Source: Pseudomonadota bacterium
Lineage (GTDB): Bacteria > Bdellovibrionota > UBA1018
Assembly: GCA_039800365.1 (NCBI GenBank)
Contig: JBDLQW010000041.1
Location: forward strand, 1 to 48,040
Length of the DNA stretch: 48,040 nucleotides
Reading direction: 5' to 3'
Part shown: positions 37,256 through 47,519 of the stretch, in pieces
Layout: each line of letters begins with the position of its first letter
Position numbering within the stretch: position 1 is the stretch's first letter
Notes under the pieces: model-generated
Seen by the model: the letters and a program-made list of their open reading frames with translations, nothing else
Told to the model about the DNA's origin: nothing
Database searches by the model: none
Position numbers and translations under genes: made by a program

Positions 37256-38536
37256 ATGATCGATCTTTTCGAGAAGTGCCGTCAGTACGAAGATGCGAAG
37301 CGGATCCAAGCGGCTGGGGTTTATGCCTTTTTTCGACCGATTGAATCGACTTCTGGCTCTCGCGTGGTCACTCACGGTCGACGACGAGTGATGATCGGCT
37401 CTAACAACTATCTCGGCCTGACTCATCACCCCCGGGTGCAGGAGGCGGCAAAGCGAGCCATCGATCAATACGGAACGGGTTGCACGGGCTCTCGTTTTCT
37501 GAACGGAAACCTGGTGGCGCACGAAGAGCTTGAAGCTCGCTTGGCAAAATTCCTTGGAAAGGAAGCTTGCTTGGTTTTCGCAACGGGCTTTTTGACGAAT
37601 GCGGGTGTGCTCTCCTGCCTGATTGGCAGAAGTGATGTGATTTACTCTGATCGTGAAAACCACGCGTCGATTGTGGAAGGCACTCGCTTGGCGATCGGTG
37701 ATACGGTCAGATTCAAGCACAACGATATGGAAGATCTCGAGCGCGTTCTGCGAAATACTCGTTCGAAATATCAAGGGGCCTTGATTGTTGCTGACGGGGT
37801 ATTCTCGATGTCGGGCGATATCCTGAATCTGCCGGCAGTCGCTGAGCTCGCTAAAAAATATCAATGCCGTCTTTATGTTGATGACGCCCATGCCTTGGGG
37901 GTTCTGGGGCCTAAAGGTCAGGGAACAGAGCACCATTTTGGGATGGTTGGGGCTGCCGATCTGGTGATGGGAACTTTTTCAAAATCCTTCGCGTCGTTGG
38001 GCGGATATGTTGCGGGATCTGCTGACGCGATTCACTATATCAAGCATAAGGCTCGAACATTCATGTTTAGTGCAGCGATGCCTCCCGCCGCCGTTGGAAC
38101 GGTTTTGGAGTGCTTGAATATCGTTGAAACCCAGCCCGAGCATTTACAGAATTTGCGTCGTAACGCCGCGAAGATGCAGCGCGAATTGACGGCTATGGGC
38201 TACAATATTTTGAACTCGACGACACCGATCGTTCCGCTTTTGATTGGTGACGATATGGCGGCCTTTTCGTTCACTCAGCGTCTTTATGAACATGGAGTTT
38301 TCGCAACTCCAGTTGTGAGCCCAGCCGTTCCTGAGGGGTGCGCTTTGATTCGCACTAGCTATATGGCCACTCATACCGATGAAGACCTCGACTACGCGCT
38401 TCAGGTGCTTGAAAAGCTCGGACGCGAATTCGGAATCATTGGTTCGAATAGTCGGGCGTCTGAGCTGGCGCAGTTGGCGCGGTCGCATTTCGGCCAGAAG
38501 GAAATCGCCTCTCCTTCAGTGACAGCGCAGATCTAA
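37256..38536 (+). CDS. PLP-dependent alpha-oxoamine synthase, serine palmitoyltransferase-like
   Basis: GTGCTGSRFLNGN resembles bacterial SPT more than the BioF or KBL motifs as I recall them. PLP-lysine context GTFSKSFASLGGY. AGGAG upstream. Alternative TTG at 37250. Confidence 0.8.
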   Translation: MIDLFEKCRQYEDAKRIQAAGVYAFFRPIESTSGSRVVTHGRRRVMIGSNNYLGLTHHPRVQEAAKRAIDQYGTGCTGSRFLNGNLVAHEELEARLAKFLGKEACLVFATGFLTNAGVLSCLIGRSDVIYSDRENHASIVEGTRLAIGDTVRFKHNDMEDLERVLRNTRSKYQGALIVADGVFSMSGDILNLPAVAELAKKYQCRLYVDDAHALGVLGPKGQGTEHHFGMVGAADLVMGTFSKSFASLGGYVAGSADAIHYIKHKARTFMFSAAMPPAAVGTVLECLNIVETQPEHLQNLRRNAAKMQRELTAMGYNILNSTTPIVPLLIGDDMAAFSFTQRLYEHGVFATPVVSPAVPEGCALIRTSYMATHTDEDLDYALQVLEKLGREFGIIGSNSRASELAQLARSHFGQKEIASPSVTAQI

Positions 38537-38553
38537 TCTGTAAGACTTCGTTC

Positions 38554-39690
38554 ATGCTCGAACTTCGCTTGGTGAGAAGCTCTCAAGACTGGGAGCGTTT
38601 TATTGGTTTCCCATGGAAGGTGTACGCAGGTGATCCGAACTGGGTTCCTCCTCTGAGGATTGCGGTGCGCGATGCCCTCGATGTTCGTAAAAATCCGTTT
38701 TTTCGGCATGCCTTCATGTCTGCCTGGATCGCCATTCAGGACGGTGAAGTTGTTGGTCGGATCGTGGGAGTGATCGACGATAAGCATAATCGGATGCACG
38801 AGGAAAAAGCCGTTTTCTTCGGGTATTTTGAGTCTCTCCAGGACCCTGAAATTGCTAAAGGCCTTTTTGGCGCCGTGGAATCTTGGGGGCGTGAGCGGGG
38901 CATGACCCTGTTGCGCGGGCCGATCAATTTGAGCACGAATCATGAGTGTGGGCTTTTAGTTGAGGGCTTCGGAGATTCACCCTCCGTCATGACGACCTAC
39001 AATCCACCGTACTACGTCTCGCTTGTCGAGAGTGCCGGGTTCGTGAAGGCAAAAGATCTTCTGGCGTATAATGTTCATGGAAACTCTAGGTTTTCAGAGC
39101 GCTTATTGGCTCAGTCTGAGCGTCTGAAGGCGAATGGCAATGTTCAGTTTCGAACAATCAACCTTCGGCGATTCGAGCAAGAGGTGAAGACGATTCTCGA
39201 GATTTACAACGACGCATGGGAGGACAATTGGGGTTTTGTTCCCATGGATACCGAAGAGTTCCTTCACACGGCGAAGGATATGAGGGCAATTCTGGATCCT
39301 CAATTGCTGTTGATCGCAGAGGTTCGGGGCGTGCCGGCAGGCTTTGGCTTGGCCCTTCCCGATGTTCATCAGGTTTTTAAAAAGATTCCTGATGGCAAGC
39401 TCCTGCCAACCGGTCTGTTGAAGTTGTTGTGGTACTTGAAGGGACCTGGTCGCGCATCGACTGTCAACCGCTGCCGAGTGTTGACCTTGGGGATTCGAAA
39501 GGCTTATCGCAATTTTAGCTTGGGTCCTCTTTTTTACACCGAATACTTGAAGCGTGGTCCTGCGGCCGGCTATCCTGTCGGTGAGGCTTCTTGGATTCTT
39601 GAAGATAACCGGGCCATGAACCGTGCTCTTGAGATGATGTGCGGAGAGCGCACCAAAGTGTATCGGATTTACGATCGTTCTATCTCGTGA
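38554..39690 (+). CDS. Uncharacterised protein of about 380 aa, probable GNAT-fold acyltransferase
   Basis: N-terminus ...FPWKVYAGDPNWVPPL...NPFF and the RGPINLSTNHECGLLVEGF region match a widespread family that I recall being annotated as GNAT N-acetyltransferase. The family assignment is from memory and is unverified. Confidence 0.6.
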   Translation: MLELRLVRSSQDWERFIGFPWKVYAGDPNWVPPLRIAVRDALDVRKNPFFRHAFMSAWIAIQDGEVVGRIVGVIDDKHNRMHEEKAVFFGYFESLQDPEIAKGLFGAVESWGRERGMTLLRGPINLSTNHECGLLVEGFGDSPSVMTTYNPPYYVSLVESAGFVKAKDLLAYNVHGNSRFSERLLAQSERLKANGNVQFRTINLRRFEQEVKTILEIYNDAWEDNWGFVPMDTEEFLHTAKDMRAILDPQLLLIAEVRGVPAGFGLALPDVHQVFKKIPDGKLLPTGLLKLLWYLKGPGRASTVNRCRVLTLGIRKAYRNFSLGPLFYTEYLKRGPAAGYPVGEASWILEDNRAMNRALEMMCGERTKVYRIYDRSIS

Positions 39691-39700
39691 GGGTTGAAGC

Positions 39701-40336
39701 ATGAAAGTCCTTGGAGTCGACCCAGGATCGCGACTCACGGGTTATGGCTGCGTAGAGGTTCGCGGGCGTGAAATGCGTTCTGTGGATCATGGCACGCTGA
39801 AACTAGCCAGTACTTCGGGTCGGCAGGAAATTGCTCTAGAGCAGAGGCTTCTCGATCTATTTTTGGGGCTTTCCGAAGTCATCGATCGGATTCGGCCTGA
39901 TGTCCTTGCGGTTGAACGAGTTTTTTTCGCCAAAAACGCGGTGTCCTCGCTGAAGCTCGGACAGGCTCGGGGAGTGGTGATTGTTTGCGGCGCTTTGAAG
40001 GGGCTGACTATCGTCGAGTACAGTCCCACCGAGGTCAAACGTGCAGTCGTGGGAAGTGGTACTGCCGATAAGGATCAGGTCGCTCGTGTGCTCGAAATTC
40101 TCCTAGGAAAGCAGAACTTTTCGACGGCAGATTCCTCCGATGCGTTAGCTCTCGCCGTTTGTCACGGTCAGCAGTTTTTGGGTCAGCCCCAATCCGGTGG
40201 CGCGGGGGCGGTTGCCGCTTTAGCAAAGGCAAGGCGCCGATCCTCTCGTCAGGGCTCGGGTCTGGCTGCCATGCTAGGATTGACTCCCGAAGTTGTGGGT
40301 AATCGCCGGCGCGTGGACTTCTCAAAGAAATCCTGA
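39701..40336 (+). CDS. ruvC: Holliday junction resolvase RuvC with a C-terminal extension of about 40 aa
   Basis: MKVLGVDPGSRLTGYG, VERVFF and DSSDALALAVCH motifs. Confidence 0.9.
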   Translation: MKVLGVDPGSRLTGYGCVEVRGREMRSVDHGTLKLASTSGRQEIALEQRLLDLFLGLSEVIDRIRPDVLAVERVFFAKNAVSSLKLGQARGVVIVCGALKGLTIVEYSPTEVKRAVVGSGTADKDQVARVLEILLGKQNFSTADSSDALALAVCHGQQFLGQPQSGGAGAVAALAKARRRSSRQGSGLAAMLGLTPEVVGNRRRVDFSKKS

Positions 40337-40348
40337 TTAGGTTCCCCT

Positions 40349-41011
40349 ATGATTGGGTTTCTGCGTGGTGAGGTCCTTGAAGTCGTCGATAATCGGGTTC
40401 TTCTGTTAGTTGGGGGCGTGGGGTACCAAGTCACTCTACCCCAAGGGGCTGAGCTTGGATCTTTGGCGGTGGGCTCGAAGCTCGACGTACAAATTCATAC
40501 TCACGTGCGAGAAGACGCCCTCGATCTTTATGGCTTTCTAAAAAAAGCCGACAAAGAGCTGTTCTTGCTGTTGTTGGGGGTTAACGGAATCGGTCCCAAA
40601 GGGGCTTTGGCAGTGCTGTCCGGAATGTCAGTAGGTGCCCTCGTCGAAGCAATTCTTTCGGGCAACCACGGACTGCTGCAGAAAATCCCGGGAGTCGGAA
40701 AAAAAACGGCGGAGCGATTGGTTCTTGAGCTCTCTGATGTTCTAAAGAAACGGCCCGACCTAGCAGCCGAGGCAGCGGGAGCATCGCATGGAGCCCCAGC
40801 GGTTCGAAAAGTCGTCGCGCCCAGTGTACTGGGATTTGCCCTCAGGGCTTTTTCGGATGCCCAGGATGCTTTGGTTCAGCTTGGCTTCCGCGAGTCGGAT
40901 GTCATTACGGTGCTCAAGCGCATTGAGACGGAAAGGGCTGATTCTGGCGAGGCTTTGGGCGCGTTTGCTCCAGAAGATCTCGTGAAGGTGGCCCTTCAGC
41001 AGCTTCGTTAA
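40349..41011 (+). CDS. ruvA: Holliday junction branch migration complex subunit RuvA
   Basis: MIGFLRGEV N-terminus and HhH motifs (GVNGIGPKGALAVL, IPGVGKKTAERL). Confidence 0.9.
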   Translation: MIGFLRGEVLEVVDNRVLLLVGGVGYQVTLPQGAELGSLAVGSKLDVQIHTHVREDALDLYGFLKKADKELFLLLLGVNGIGPKGALAVLSGMSVGALVEAILSGNHGLLQKIPGVGKKTAERLVLELSDVLKKRPDLAAEAAGASHGAPAVRKVVAPSVLGFALRAFSDAQDALVQLGFRESDVITVLKRIETERADSGEALGAFAPEDLVKVALQQLR

Positions 41012-41026
41012 TCGCAAGGAGTTCTC

Positions 41027-42085
41027 ATGAATCCATCTGAAGATTTGTCAGTTCAGAATCCCTCCAGAATCTTGAGTCCCGATCTGCAACGGGATTGGGA
41101 TGAGAGCGATAAGGGCCTGCGTCCTGAGCACCTCGACGAGTACGTGGGTCAGGAAAAGGTGAAGGAAAATCTCCGGCTTTTTATCGAAGCCGCGCGGCTT
41201 CGGGGTGATGCCCTCGATCATGTGCTTTTGGCGGGGCCTCCGGGTTTGGGTAAGACGACTTTGGCGCATATCGTGGCACGCGAGATGGGAAGTCAGCTTC
41301 ATACGGTCTCGGGTCCGAATATCGAAAAAAAGGGCGATCTCGCGGCTCTTCTCACGAATCTTCAGTCGAAAGATGTTCTTTTCATCGACGAGATCCATCG
41401 GTTGCCGAAGCCCATCGAAGAAGTTCTCTACACTGCGATGGAGGATTTTAAGCTCGACCTGATCATGAACCCGGGCCCAGGGGCCAGGACTCTGAGGATC
41501 GATTTGGCTCGGTTTACTTTGGTCGGTGCAACGACCCGTACCGGATTGCTCTCGAGTCCGCTTCGGGACCGCTTTGGTGTTCCTTTGCGGTTAGATTTCT
41601 ATCCTGTTCCTGAATTGCAAAAAATCGTTGAGCGCTCAGCGCGTCTCCTTGGTGTTGATCTCGATTCATCGGGCTCTGCTGAAATCGCTCGCCGCTCTCG
41701 AGGCACGCCTCGTATTGCGAATCGTTTGCTGAAACGCGTTCGTGATTTTGCCCAGGTTCGAGCGCGGGTTTCTTTGATTTCTGCGTCGGTGGCGAAGAGC
41801 GCGTTGTCGCTATTTGAGGTGGATGATCGGGGTTTAGACCCGCTCGATCGCAAGTTTCTTAAGACGATTATCGAGAAATTTGATGGAGGCCCTGTGGGCA
41901 TTGAGACCCTGGCGTCTGCGTTGGGTGAAGAGCGGGATACACTCGAAGATGTTTATGAGCCCTACCTCCTTCAGGAGGGGTTGATTCAGCGAACCCCTCG
42001 GGGACGCCTAGCTACTCGCCTTGCTCATGAGCATCTCGGGTTTGAGTTCGCGCCAGCGAGCGGGGGTCAAGGGGCCCTACTCTGA
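41027..42085 (+). CDS. ruvB: Holliday junction branch migration DNA helicase RuvB
   Basis: [10 protein letters not shown], Walker [18 protein letters not shown] and [10 protein letters not shown]. Confidence 0.95.
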   Translation: MNPSEDLSVQNPSRILSPDLQRDWDESDKGLRPEHLDEYVGQEKVKENLRLFIEAARLRGDALDHVLLAGPPGLGKTTLAHIVAREMGSQLHTVSGPNIEKKGDLAALLTNLQSKDVLFIDEIHRLPKPIEEVLYTAMEDFKLDLIMNPGPGARTLRIDLARFTLVGATTRTGLLSSPLRDRFGVPLRLDFYPVPELQKIVERSARLLGVDLDSSGSAEIARRSRGTPRIANRLLKRVRDFAQVRARVSLISASVAKSALSLFEVDDRGLDPLDRKFLKTIIEKFDGGPVGIETLASALGEERDTLEDVYEPYLLQEGLIQRTPRGRLATRLAHEHLGFEFAPASGGQGALL

Positions 42086-42305
42086 TCGAAAGCCGCGAGC
42101 CGGCACTGTCTCACAAATCCCACAGTGTCGAGGAAAAGCGCTGTGACGAAAATGACACAGTTGGGATCTCGAGTTTTCGAAGGTCGAGCTGCGCCGGGAC
42201 TGTTTTTTAAGCTGTTGTTTTTACTGGGAAAAATCTCCAGAATTTTTTTCTTTTTTCGGGGCTTTGGTGAGGTAAAGGGCATGGGACTTGCCTTATTGGA
42301 GCACC

Positions 42306-43211
42306 GTGACGAACCATCAAAGAACGATCAACAGGATGTTGGAGTGGAAAGGAATCGGGTTGCACTCGGGTCGCGAGGTCACCCTTCGAATTCTTCCTTT
42401 GCCTGCTCATAGCGGAATTCGCTTTGTCAGAACCGATTTGCCGGGCTCAGAAGAAATTCCCGCACGCGTCGATTTTGTTGTGAACACGCGTATGGCAACA
42501 ACTCTCGGACGGGGCGCAGCTCTGGTGAGTACGGTAGAGCATTTGATGTGCGCACTTTATGGAGCAGGCATCGACAATGCCCGGATCGAGCTTGATGCCG
42601 GTGAGGTGCCGATCTCTGATGGAAGTGCCATGGAGTTCTATCGCGCTATCTTGGCTGTCGGTACAAGTGTTCAAGGGGCCCCTCGTAAGGTGTGGCGCCT
42701 CAAGAAACGGGTCGATGTAAAAGACGGCGGAAAGTGGGGATTTGCTGAACCCGCGACAGGTCTTGATGTTTCTGCATCGGTTGAGTTTGATCATGCAGCA
42801 ATCGGATTTCAGTCTTTTCGATATATCCAGGGACAGACTCGCTTTGAAGAGTTTGGTTTGGCTCGCACCTTTGGATTTTTGAAAGAAGTCGAAGCGCTCA
42901 AGAAAATGGGGTTGGCCCTTGGGGGCTCATTAGACAATGCTGTCGTTCTTGACGACTCGGGGGTTTTGAATCCGGACGGGCTTCGTTACGGAAACGAATT
43001 TGCTCGGCACAAAGTCTTAGACGCTCTCGGTGATTTCGCGCTTGCGGGCGCTACCCTCGAAGCACGGATTCAGCTGCACCGATCTGGCCATGACTTGCAT
43101 CGTGCGCTCTTGGTCAAGATGCTTGAAGCTTCAGAGCTGGTTGAGGCTACCGACGTTGAGCTTCAGAGAGTGCCCATTCGTTTTCGCCGCGTTCGCGCGG
43201 CTGCAGTTTAA
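42306..43211 (+). CDS. lpxC: UDP-3-O-acyl-N-acetylglucosamine deacetylase
   Basis: QRTI...GIGLHSG N-terminus and HKVLDALGD. GTG at 42306 is preceded by GGAG with a 5-nt spacer. The ORF-track TTG at 42288 is the alternative start. Confidence 0.88.
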   Translation: MTNHQRTINRMLEWKGIGLHSGREVTLRILPLPAHSGIRFVRTDLPGSEEIPARVDFVVNTRMATTLGRGAALVSTVEHLMCALYGAGIDNARIELDAGEVPISDGSAMEFYRAILAVGTSVQGAPRKVWRLKKRVDVKDGGKWGFAEPATGLDVSASVEFDHAAIGFQSFRYIQGQTRFEEFGLARTFGFLKEVEALKKMGLALGGSLDNAVVLDDSGVLNPDGLRYGNEFARHKVLDALGDFALAGATLEARIQLHRSGHDLHRALLVKMLEASELVEATDVELQRVPIRFRRVRAAAV

Positions 43212-43222
43212 GTAAAATCGGT

Positions 43223-43251
43223 TTGACTCTGCGACCGGATTTCCGTACTGA
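43223..43251 (+). promoter_or_regulatory. Putative sigma70-type promoter for tRNA-Pro
   Basis: TTGACT (43223-43228), a 17-nt spacer, then TACTGA (43246-43251). The tRNA begins 18 nt downstream. Confidence 0.35.
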
Positions 43252-43269
43252 TCAAAGCTCCTGATAGGT

Positions 43270-43347
43270 CGGGATGTGGCGCAGCCTGGCTAGCGCACTT
43301 GCATGGGGTGCAAGGGGTCGTGGGTTCAAATCCCGCCATCCCGACCA
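43270..43347 (+). tRNA. tRNA-Pro (anticodon GGG), CCA encoded
   Basis: Manual cloverleaf: acceptor CGGGATG/CATCCCG, D stem GCGC/GCGC and anticodon stem CTTGC/GCAAG. Anticodon loop AUGGGGU, T arm GTGGG-TTCAAAT-CCCGC, then ACCA. Confidence 0.9.
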
Positions 43348-43348
43348 T

Positions 43349-46231
43349 TTAAATCCTTCGCTGCTTTTTTCGTCCTTTGTTGGCAGCCGTTTTCTGAGAC
43401 AGACTCTGGGACAACGCGAGGCTCGCTTGAGCTGCTGCTAGTCTGGCAATCGGAACGCGAAACGGCGAGCAGCTCACGTAGTCTAAGCCCATTTGTTCGC
43501 AAAGTTTAACTGAGGCCGGTTCGCCTCCGTGTTCGCCACAGATACCAATCTTTAATCCCGGGCGGGCGCGGCGACCTTCCTCGATCGCGATTTTCATGAG
43601 CCTCGAGACTCCTTTTGGATCAAGAGTCGCAAAGGGGTCCTTTTCGTAGATTTTGGCATCGAGGTAATCCTTCAGGAACAACCCAGAATCGTCTCGAGAT
43701 AGACCGTAAGTGGTCTGAGTCAAATCGTTCGTCCCAAAGCTGAAGAACTCAGCGTGAAGCGCAATCTCATCCGCAGTCAGAGCTGCGCGAGGTAGCTCAA
43801 TCATCGTGCCAATCAGCACTTTGACTCCAGGGGTTTTTCCTGTCTTCTTTTTGAATTCCAGCAGAACTTGGTCGGCTTCTGTGCGGCAAGCGTCGCCCAC
43901 GATCTTCAGTTCTCGCCAATCTCCAACCAAAGGAATCATGATCTCGGGGGTTATCTTAACCCCTTCTTCAATCGCCCATTCACAGGCCGCTTCGAGAATC
44001 GCGCGAACTTGAGTTCGGTAGATCTCAGGGTAGCTCACAGCCAAGCGGCAGCCCCGATGACCGAGCATGGGATTAAACTCATGCAGGCTCTCGGCTTTTC
44101 GCTTTAGGCGCTCGAAGGGAACTTCGATTTTGGTGGCCAAAGCTCGAAGTTCCTCGTCGGAATGCGGAATGAACTCGTGCAGTGGGGGGTCGAGCAGTCG
44201 GATCGTTACTGGCAGGCCCTTCATCTCTGCAAAAAGCTTTTTGAAGTCGCTCTTCTGAATCGGAAGGATTTTAGCCAGAGCCCTCTCTCGGCCCTCGCGC
44301 GAGTCTGCAAGAATCATTTCGCGAACGGCATCGATGCGATCGGCTTCAAAAAACATGTGCTCTGTTCGGCAAAGTCCAATGCCTTCGGCTCCGAACTCAC
44401 GAGCGATCCTCGCATCGGTCGGCGTGTCGGCATTGGCTCGGACCCGTAAACGGCGCACTTGGTCGACCCATTTCATGAGTTCGCGGAAGTCTTCATTCAT
44501 CGTGGGAGCAATCGTTGGCACTTTCCCTTCGATCACTTCGCCGCTGCCCCCATCGAGGGTAATGAAGTCACCCTCTCTTAGAGTCAGCGTGCCGACCGAG
44601 CACTCTTTTCGCTGATAATCGATCTTCAGGGCCGAGCATCCTGAAACGCAGCATTTCCCCATGCCGCGAGCAACTACCGCTGCATGCGAGGTCATTCCTC
44701 CACGCGCGGTTAGAATTCCCTCCGCCACCGACATGCCGTGGATGTCCTCGGGCGACGTTTCTGAACGAACGAGAATCACTTTTCTTCCTAAGTCAGTTTT
44801 CCAGTGCTCAGCGGTGTCGGGGTCGAAAACAATCTGTCCCGAGGCGGCTCCTGGTGAGGCAGGCAGTCCTCGGGCGATCACCTTTTTTTGAGCCTTCGGA
44901 TCGATGCGCGGATGCAAGAGCTGGTCGAGCTGGTCGGGCTGAATGCGCGCGATTGCCTCGTCTTTCGAGATCAGTTTCTCACGAACCATGTCGACTGCGA
45001 TTTTCATCGCGGCCGCCGCAGTCCGCTTTCCGTTTCGAGTTTGAAGCATGTAAAGAACGCCACGCTCAATCGTAAACTCGATATCTTGCATGTCGCGATA
45101 ATGCTTCTCGAGCTTCTGATACGCTCGCACCAGTTCCCGATAGGGCCTGGGCATGACCTGCTCGAGCGACGGGAGCTTCTCGCCGTTTTGGTGACGAGAG
45201 GCTTCATTGATCGGCTGCGGAGTGCGAATTCCCGCGACCACGTCTTCGCCCTGAGCATTGACAAGAAATTCGCCGAAGAATTTTTTCGTTCCTACCGAAG
45301 GGTCACGAGTAAAGGCCACACCGGTGGCGCAATCGTCGCCCATATTGCCAAAGACCATGGACTGAATATTCACTGCAGTTCCCCAGTGTTCAGGGATCTC
45401 ATTCAGTTTTCGATAGGTAATGGCGCGAGGACTCATCCATGACCCAAAGACTGCGCCAATGGCGCCCCAGAGCTGCGCCCAGGGGTCTTCCGGAAAGGTC
45501 TTTCCGTTGAGTTTCACGATCTGCTTGAACTGCGCGACCAGCCCCTTGAGATCATCGGCGGAAAGCTCAGTATCGAGCTCAACGCCTCGGGAGTGTTTCA
45601 GTTCTTCGAGAGCCGCTTCGAAATGGTTCGTGTGAATATTCAGAACCACATCCGAGTACATGGTGATGAAGCGGCGGTAACTATCATAGCCAAACCGGGG
45701 GTCTTTCGATTCAGCGATGAGACCCTCAACGGTTTCGTCGTTGAGACCGAGATTCAAGATGGTATCCATCATTCCCGGCATCGATGCGCGAGCGCCCGAG
45801 CGCACAGAAACTAAGAGAGGGGAGCGCTTTCCTCCGAAGGTTCGCTTCATTTGGCGCTCAAGTCGAGTCATCGCGGCACGCACCTGAGCCTCCAGGAGCT
45901 TCGGGTAGGTGCTTTGATTCGAGTAAAAATAGGAGCAGACTTCGGTCGTAATCGTGAACCCCGGAGGCACCGGAAGACCTAGTCGAGTCATGCCGTGCAG
46001 GTTGGCGCCCTTGCCCCCAAGGAGGTCCTTCTGACTCTCAAGCCCGTCGGCTTTGCCTCCACCGAAGGAAAAGACTAATTTGTCCGCAAGCGCTCGAGAC
46101 GAATTAAGAGGACTTGCCCCAGTTTTCGAACTTTTCTTCGATGTACGAGACGAGCTTTTCAGCCGAGACCCTTTCTTGGGCCATGCTGTCGCGGTGCCGG
46201 ATCGTGACGGTGTGGTTCGAGAGAGTGTCAT
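43349..46231 (-). CDS. ppdK: Pyruvate, phosphate dikinase
   Basis: LLGGKGANL; catalytic His loop [15 protein letters not shown]; C-terminal [17 protein letters not shown]. The only canonical in-frame start upstream of the conserved [12 protein letters not shown]-terminus is the ATG at 46231. That start overlaps glyQS by 128 nt. Confidence 0.85.
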   Translation of the reverse strand: MTLSRTTPSRSGTATAWPKKGSRLKSSSRTSKKSSKTGASPLNSSRALADKLVFSFGGGKADGLESQKDLLGGKGANLHGMTRLGLPVPPGFTITTEVCSYFYSNQSTYPKLLEAQVRAAMTRLERQMKRTFGGKRSPLLVSVRSGARASMPGMMDTILNLGLNDETVEGLIAESKDPRFGYDSYRRFITMYSDVVLNIHTNHFEAALEELKHSRGVELDTELSADDLKGLVAQFKQIVKLNGKTFPEDPWAQLWGAIGAVFGSWMSPRAITYRKLNEIPEHWGTAVNIQSMVFGNMGDDCATGVAFTRDPSVGTKKFFGEFLVNAQGEDVVAGIRTPQPINEASRHQNGEKLPSLEQVMPRPYRELVRAYQKLEKHYRDMQDIEFTIERGVLYMLQTRNGKRTAAAAMKIAVDMVREKLISKDEAIARIQPDQLDQLLHPRIDPKAQKKVIARGLPASPGAASGQIVFDPDTAEHWKTDLGRKVILVRSETSPEDIHGMSVAEGILTARGGMTSHAAVVARGMGKCCVSGCSALKIDYQRKECSVGTLTLREGDFITLDGGSGEVIEGKVPTIAPTMNEDFRELMKWVDQVRRLRVRANADTPTDARIAREFGAEGIGLCRTEHMFFEADRIDAVREMILADSREGRERALAKILPIQKSDFKKLFAEMKGLPVTIRLLDPPLHEFIPHSDEELRALATKIEVPFERLKRKAESLHEFNPMLGHRGCRLAVSYPEIYRTQVRAILEAACEWAIEEGVKITPEIMIPLVGDWRELKIVGDACRTEADQVLLEFKKKTGKTPGVKVLIGTMIELPRAALTADEIALHAEFFSFGTNDLTQTTYGLSRDDSGLFLKDYLDAKIYEKDPFATLDPKGVSRLMKIAIEEGRRARPGLKIGICGEHGGEPASVKLCEQMGLDYVSCSPFRVPIARLAAAQASLALSQSLSQKTAANKGRKKQRRI

Positions 46232-47465
46232 AATCGATAGTCACTCCAAAGGGTGTACCGATTTCATCCTGTCGGCGATAACGCTTGCCGATAGATCCCG
46301 CATCATCGGTGGTCGCGCGGAATTTTTTTCGAACGGTATTGAAGATTTTGTCTGAATACTCGACCAGTTCAGGCTTCTTCATCAGGGGGTAAATCGCCAC
46401 CTTGTACGGCGATAGGTGGGGGTGAAGTTGGAGCCAAACGCGATCGCCGTCGCTGCGGTAAGCATCGACTAATGCGACCAGAAGAGTACGGTCGCAGCCT
46501 GCTGACGTTTCGACGATATAGGGAATGTATTTTTCTTTCGCCGCTTCGTCAAAATACTCCAGCTTCTTGCCGCTGAATTCTTGATGGCGTCCTAAGTCGA
46601 AGTCAGAACGATTATGAATTCCTTCGAGCTCCTGCCATCCGAACGGAAATTCGTATTCGATATCAAAGGCCGCTTTGGCGTAGTGGGCAAGCTCTCCGGG
46701 GCCATGTTCATGAAAGCGAAGCTTCTCACGACGAATGCCGTTTTCGAGGTGCCATTGAATTCGGATGGCCTTCCATTTTTCGAACCACTCCATGTCGCTG
46801 CCAGGCTTCACGAAGTACTGCATTTCCATTTGCTCGAACTCACGGGTTCGGAAAATAAAATTTCCCGGCGTGATCTCATTTCGAAAGGCTTTCCCGATTT
46901 GGGCAATTCCAAAGGGAACCTTCTGTCGCGAACTTTGTTGGACGTTCAGAAAGTTGACGTAAATGCCTTGAGCTGTTTCGGGTCGAAGGTAAACCACGGA
47001 AGCAGTGTCTTCGAGAGGGCCCATATGGGTTTTAAACATCAGATTAAATTGCCTAGGCTCGGTCAGCTCACCGCCACAGTCAGGGCATTTCTTGGCTGCC
47101 AAGACGGCAGCATCTAATTTGTCAGCTCGAAATCGGGCCTTACATTTTTTGCAATCGACCAGCGGGTCAACGAACCCTGCGACATGTCCCGATGCCTCCC
47201 AGACCTTGGGGTGCATCAGAATCGCGGCGTCAATCCCCTCGACGTCTTCTCGGTCGCACATTGAACGCCACCAGCGTTCTTTGACATTCCGTTTGAGCTC
47301 AATCCCCAGAGGGCCGTAGTCCCAGCAAGCGTTGATTCCGCCGTAGACTTCGCTCGAGGGAAAAACAAATCCACGCCGCTTGGCGAGAGATACAAGGTCT
47401 GCCATGTCCTTCAGATCGGAGACTTGGCGTGGGGCTTCGGTAACAACAGGGGTATCGGTGCTCAT
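46104..47465 (-). CDS. glyQS: Glycine--tRNA ligase (homodimeric class II, GlyQS type)
   Basis: [40 protein letters not shown] (motif 2 region), and the anticodon-binding C-terminus [10 protein letters not shown]. Confidence 0.92.
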   Translation of the reverse strand: MSTDTPVVTEAPRQVSDLKDMADLVSLAKRRGFVFPSSEVYGGINACWDYGPLGIELKRNVKERWWRSMCDREDVEGIDAAILMHPKVWEASGHVAGFVDPLVDCKKCKARFRADKLDAAVLAAKKCPDCGGELTEPRQFNLMFKTHMGPLEDTASVVYLRPETAQGIYVNFLNVQQSSRQKVPFGIAQIGKAFRNEITPGNFIFRTREFEQMEMQYFVKPGSDMEWFEKWKAIRIQWHLENGIRREKLRFHEHGPGELAHYAKAAFDIEYEFPFGWQELEGIHNRSDFDLGRHQEFSGKKLEYFDEAAKEKYIPYIVETSAGCDRTLLVALVDAYRSDGDRVWLQLHPHLSPYKVAIYPLMKKPELVEYSDKIFNTVRKKFRATTDDAGSIGKRYRRQDEIGTPFGVTIDYDTLSNHTVTIRHRDSMAQERVSAEKLVSYIEEKFENWGKSS

Positions 47466-47519
47466 GGCTTGTAAAAATCGTTAACAGAGGGTCGTCGCGG
47501 ATCCAAGCGGATACTCACG

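Noticed and set aside
42125-42412. A 95-aa ORF in the ruvB-lpxC spacer.
   Set aside because: It runs through a T-rich tract and into the lpxC start in another frame. It has no SD and a non-protein-like composition (FFFFRGFG).
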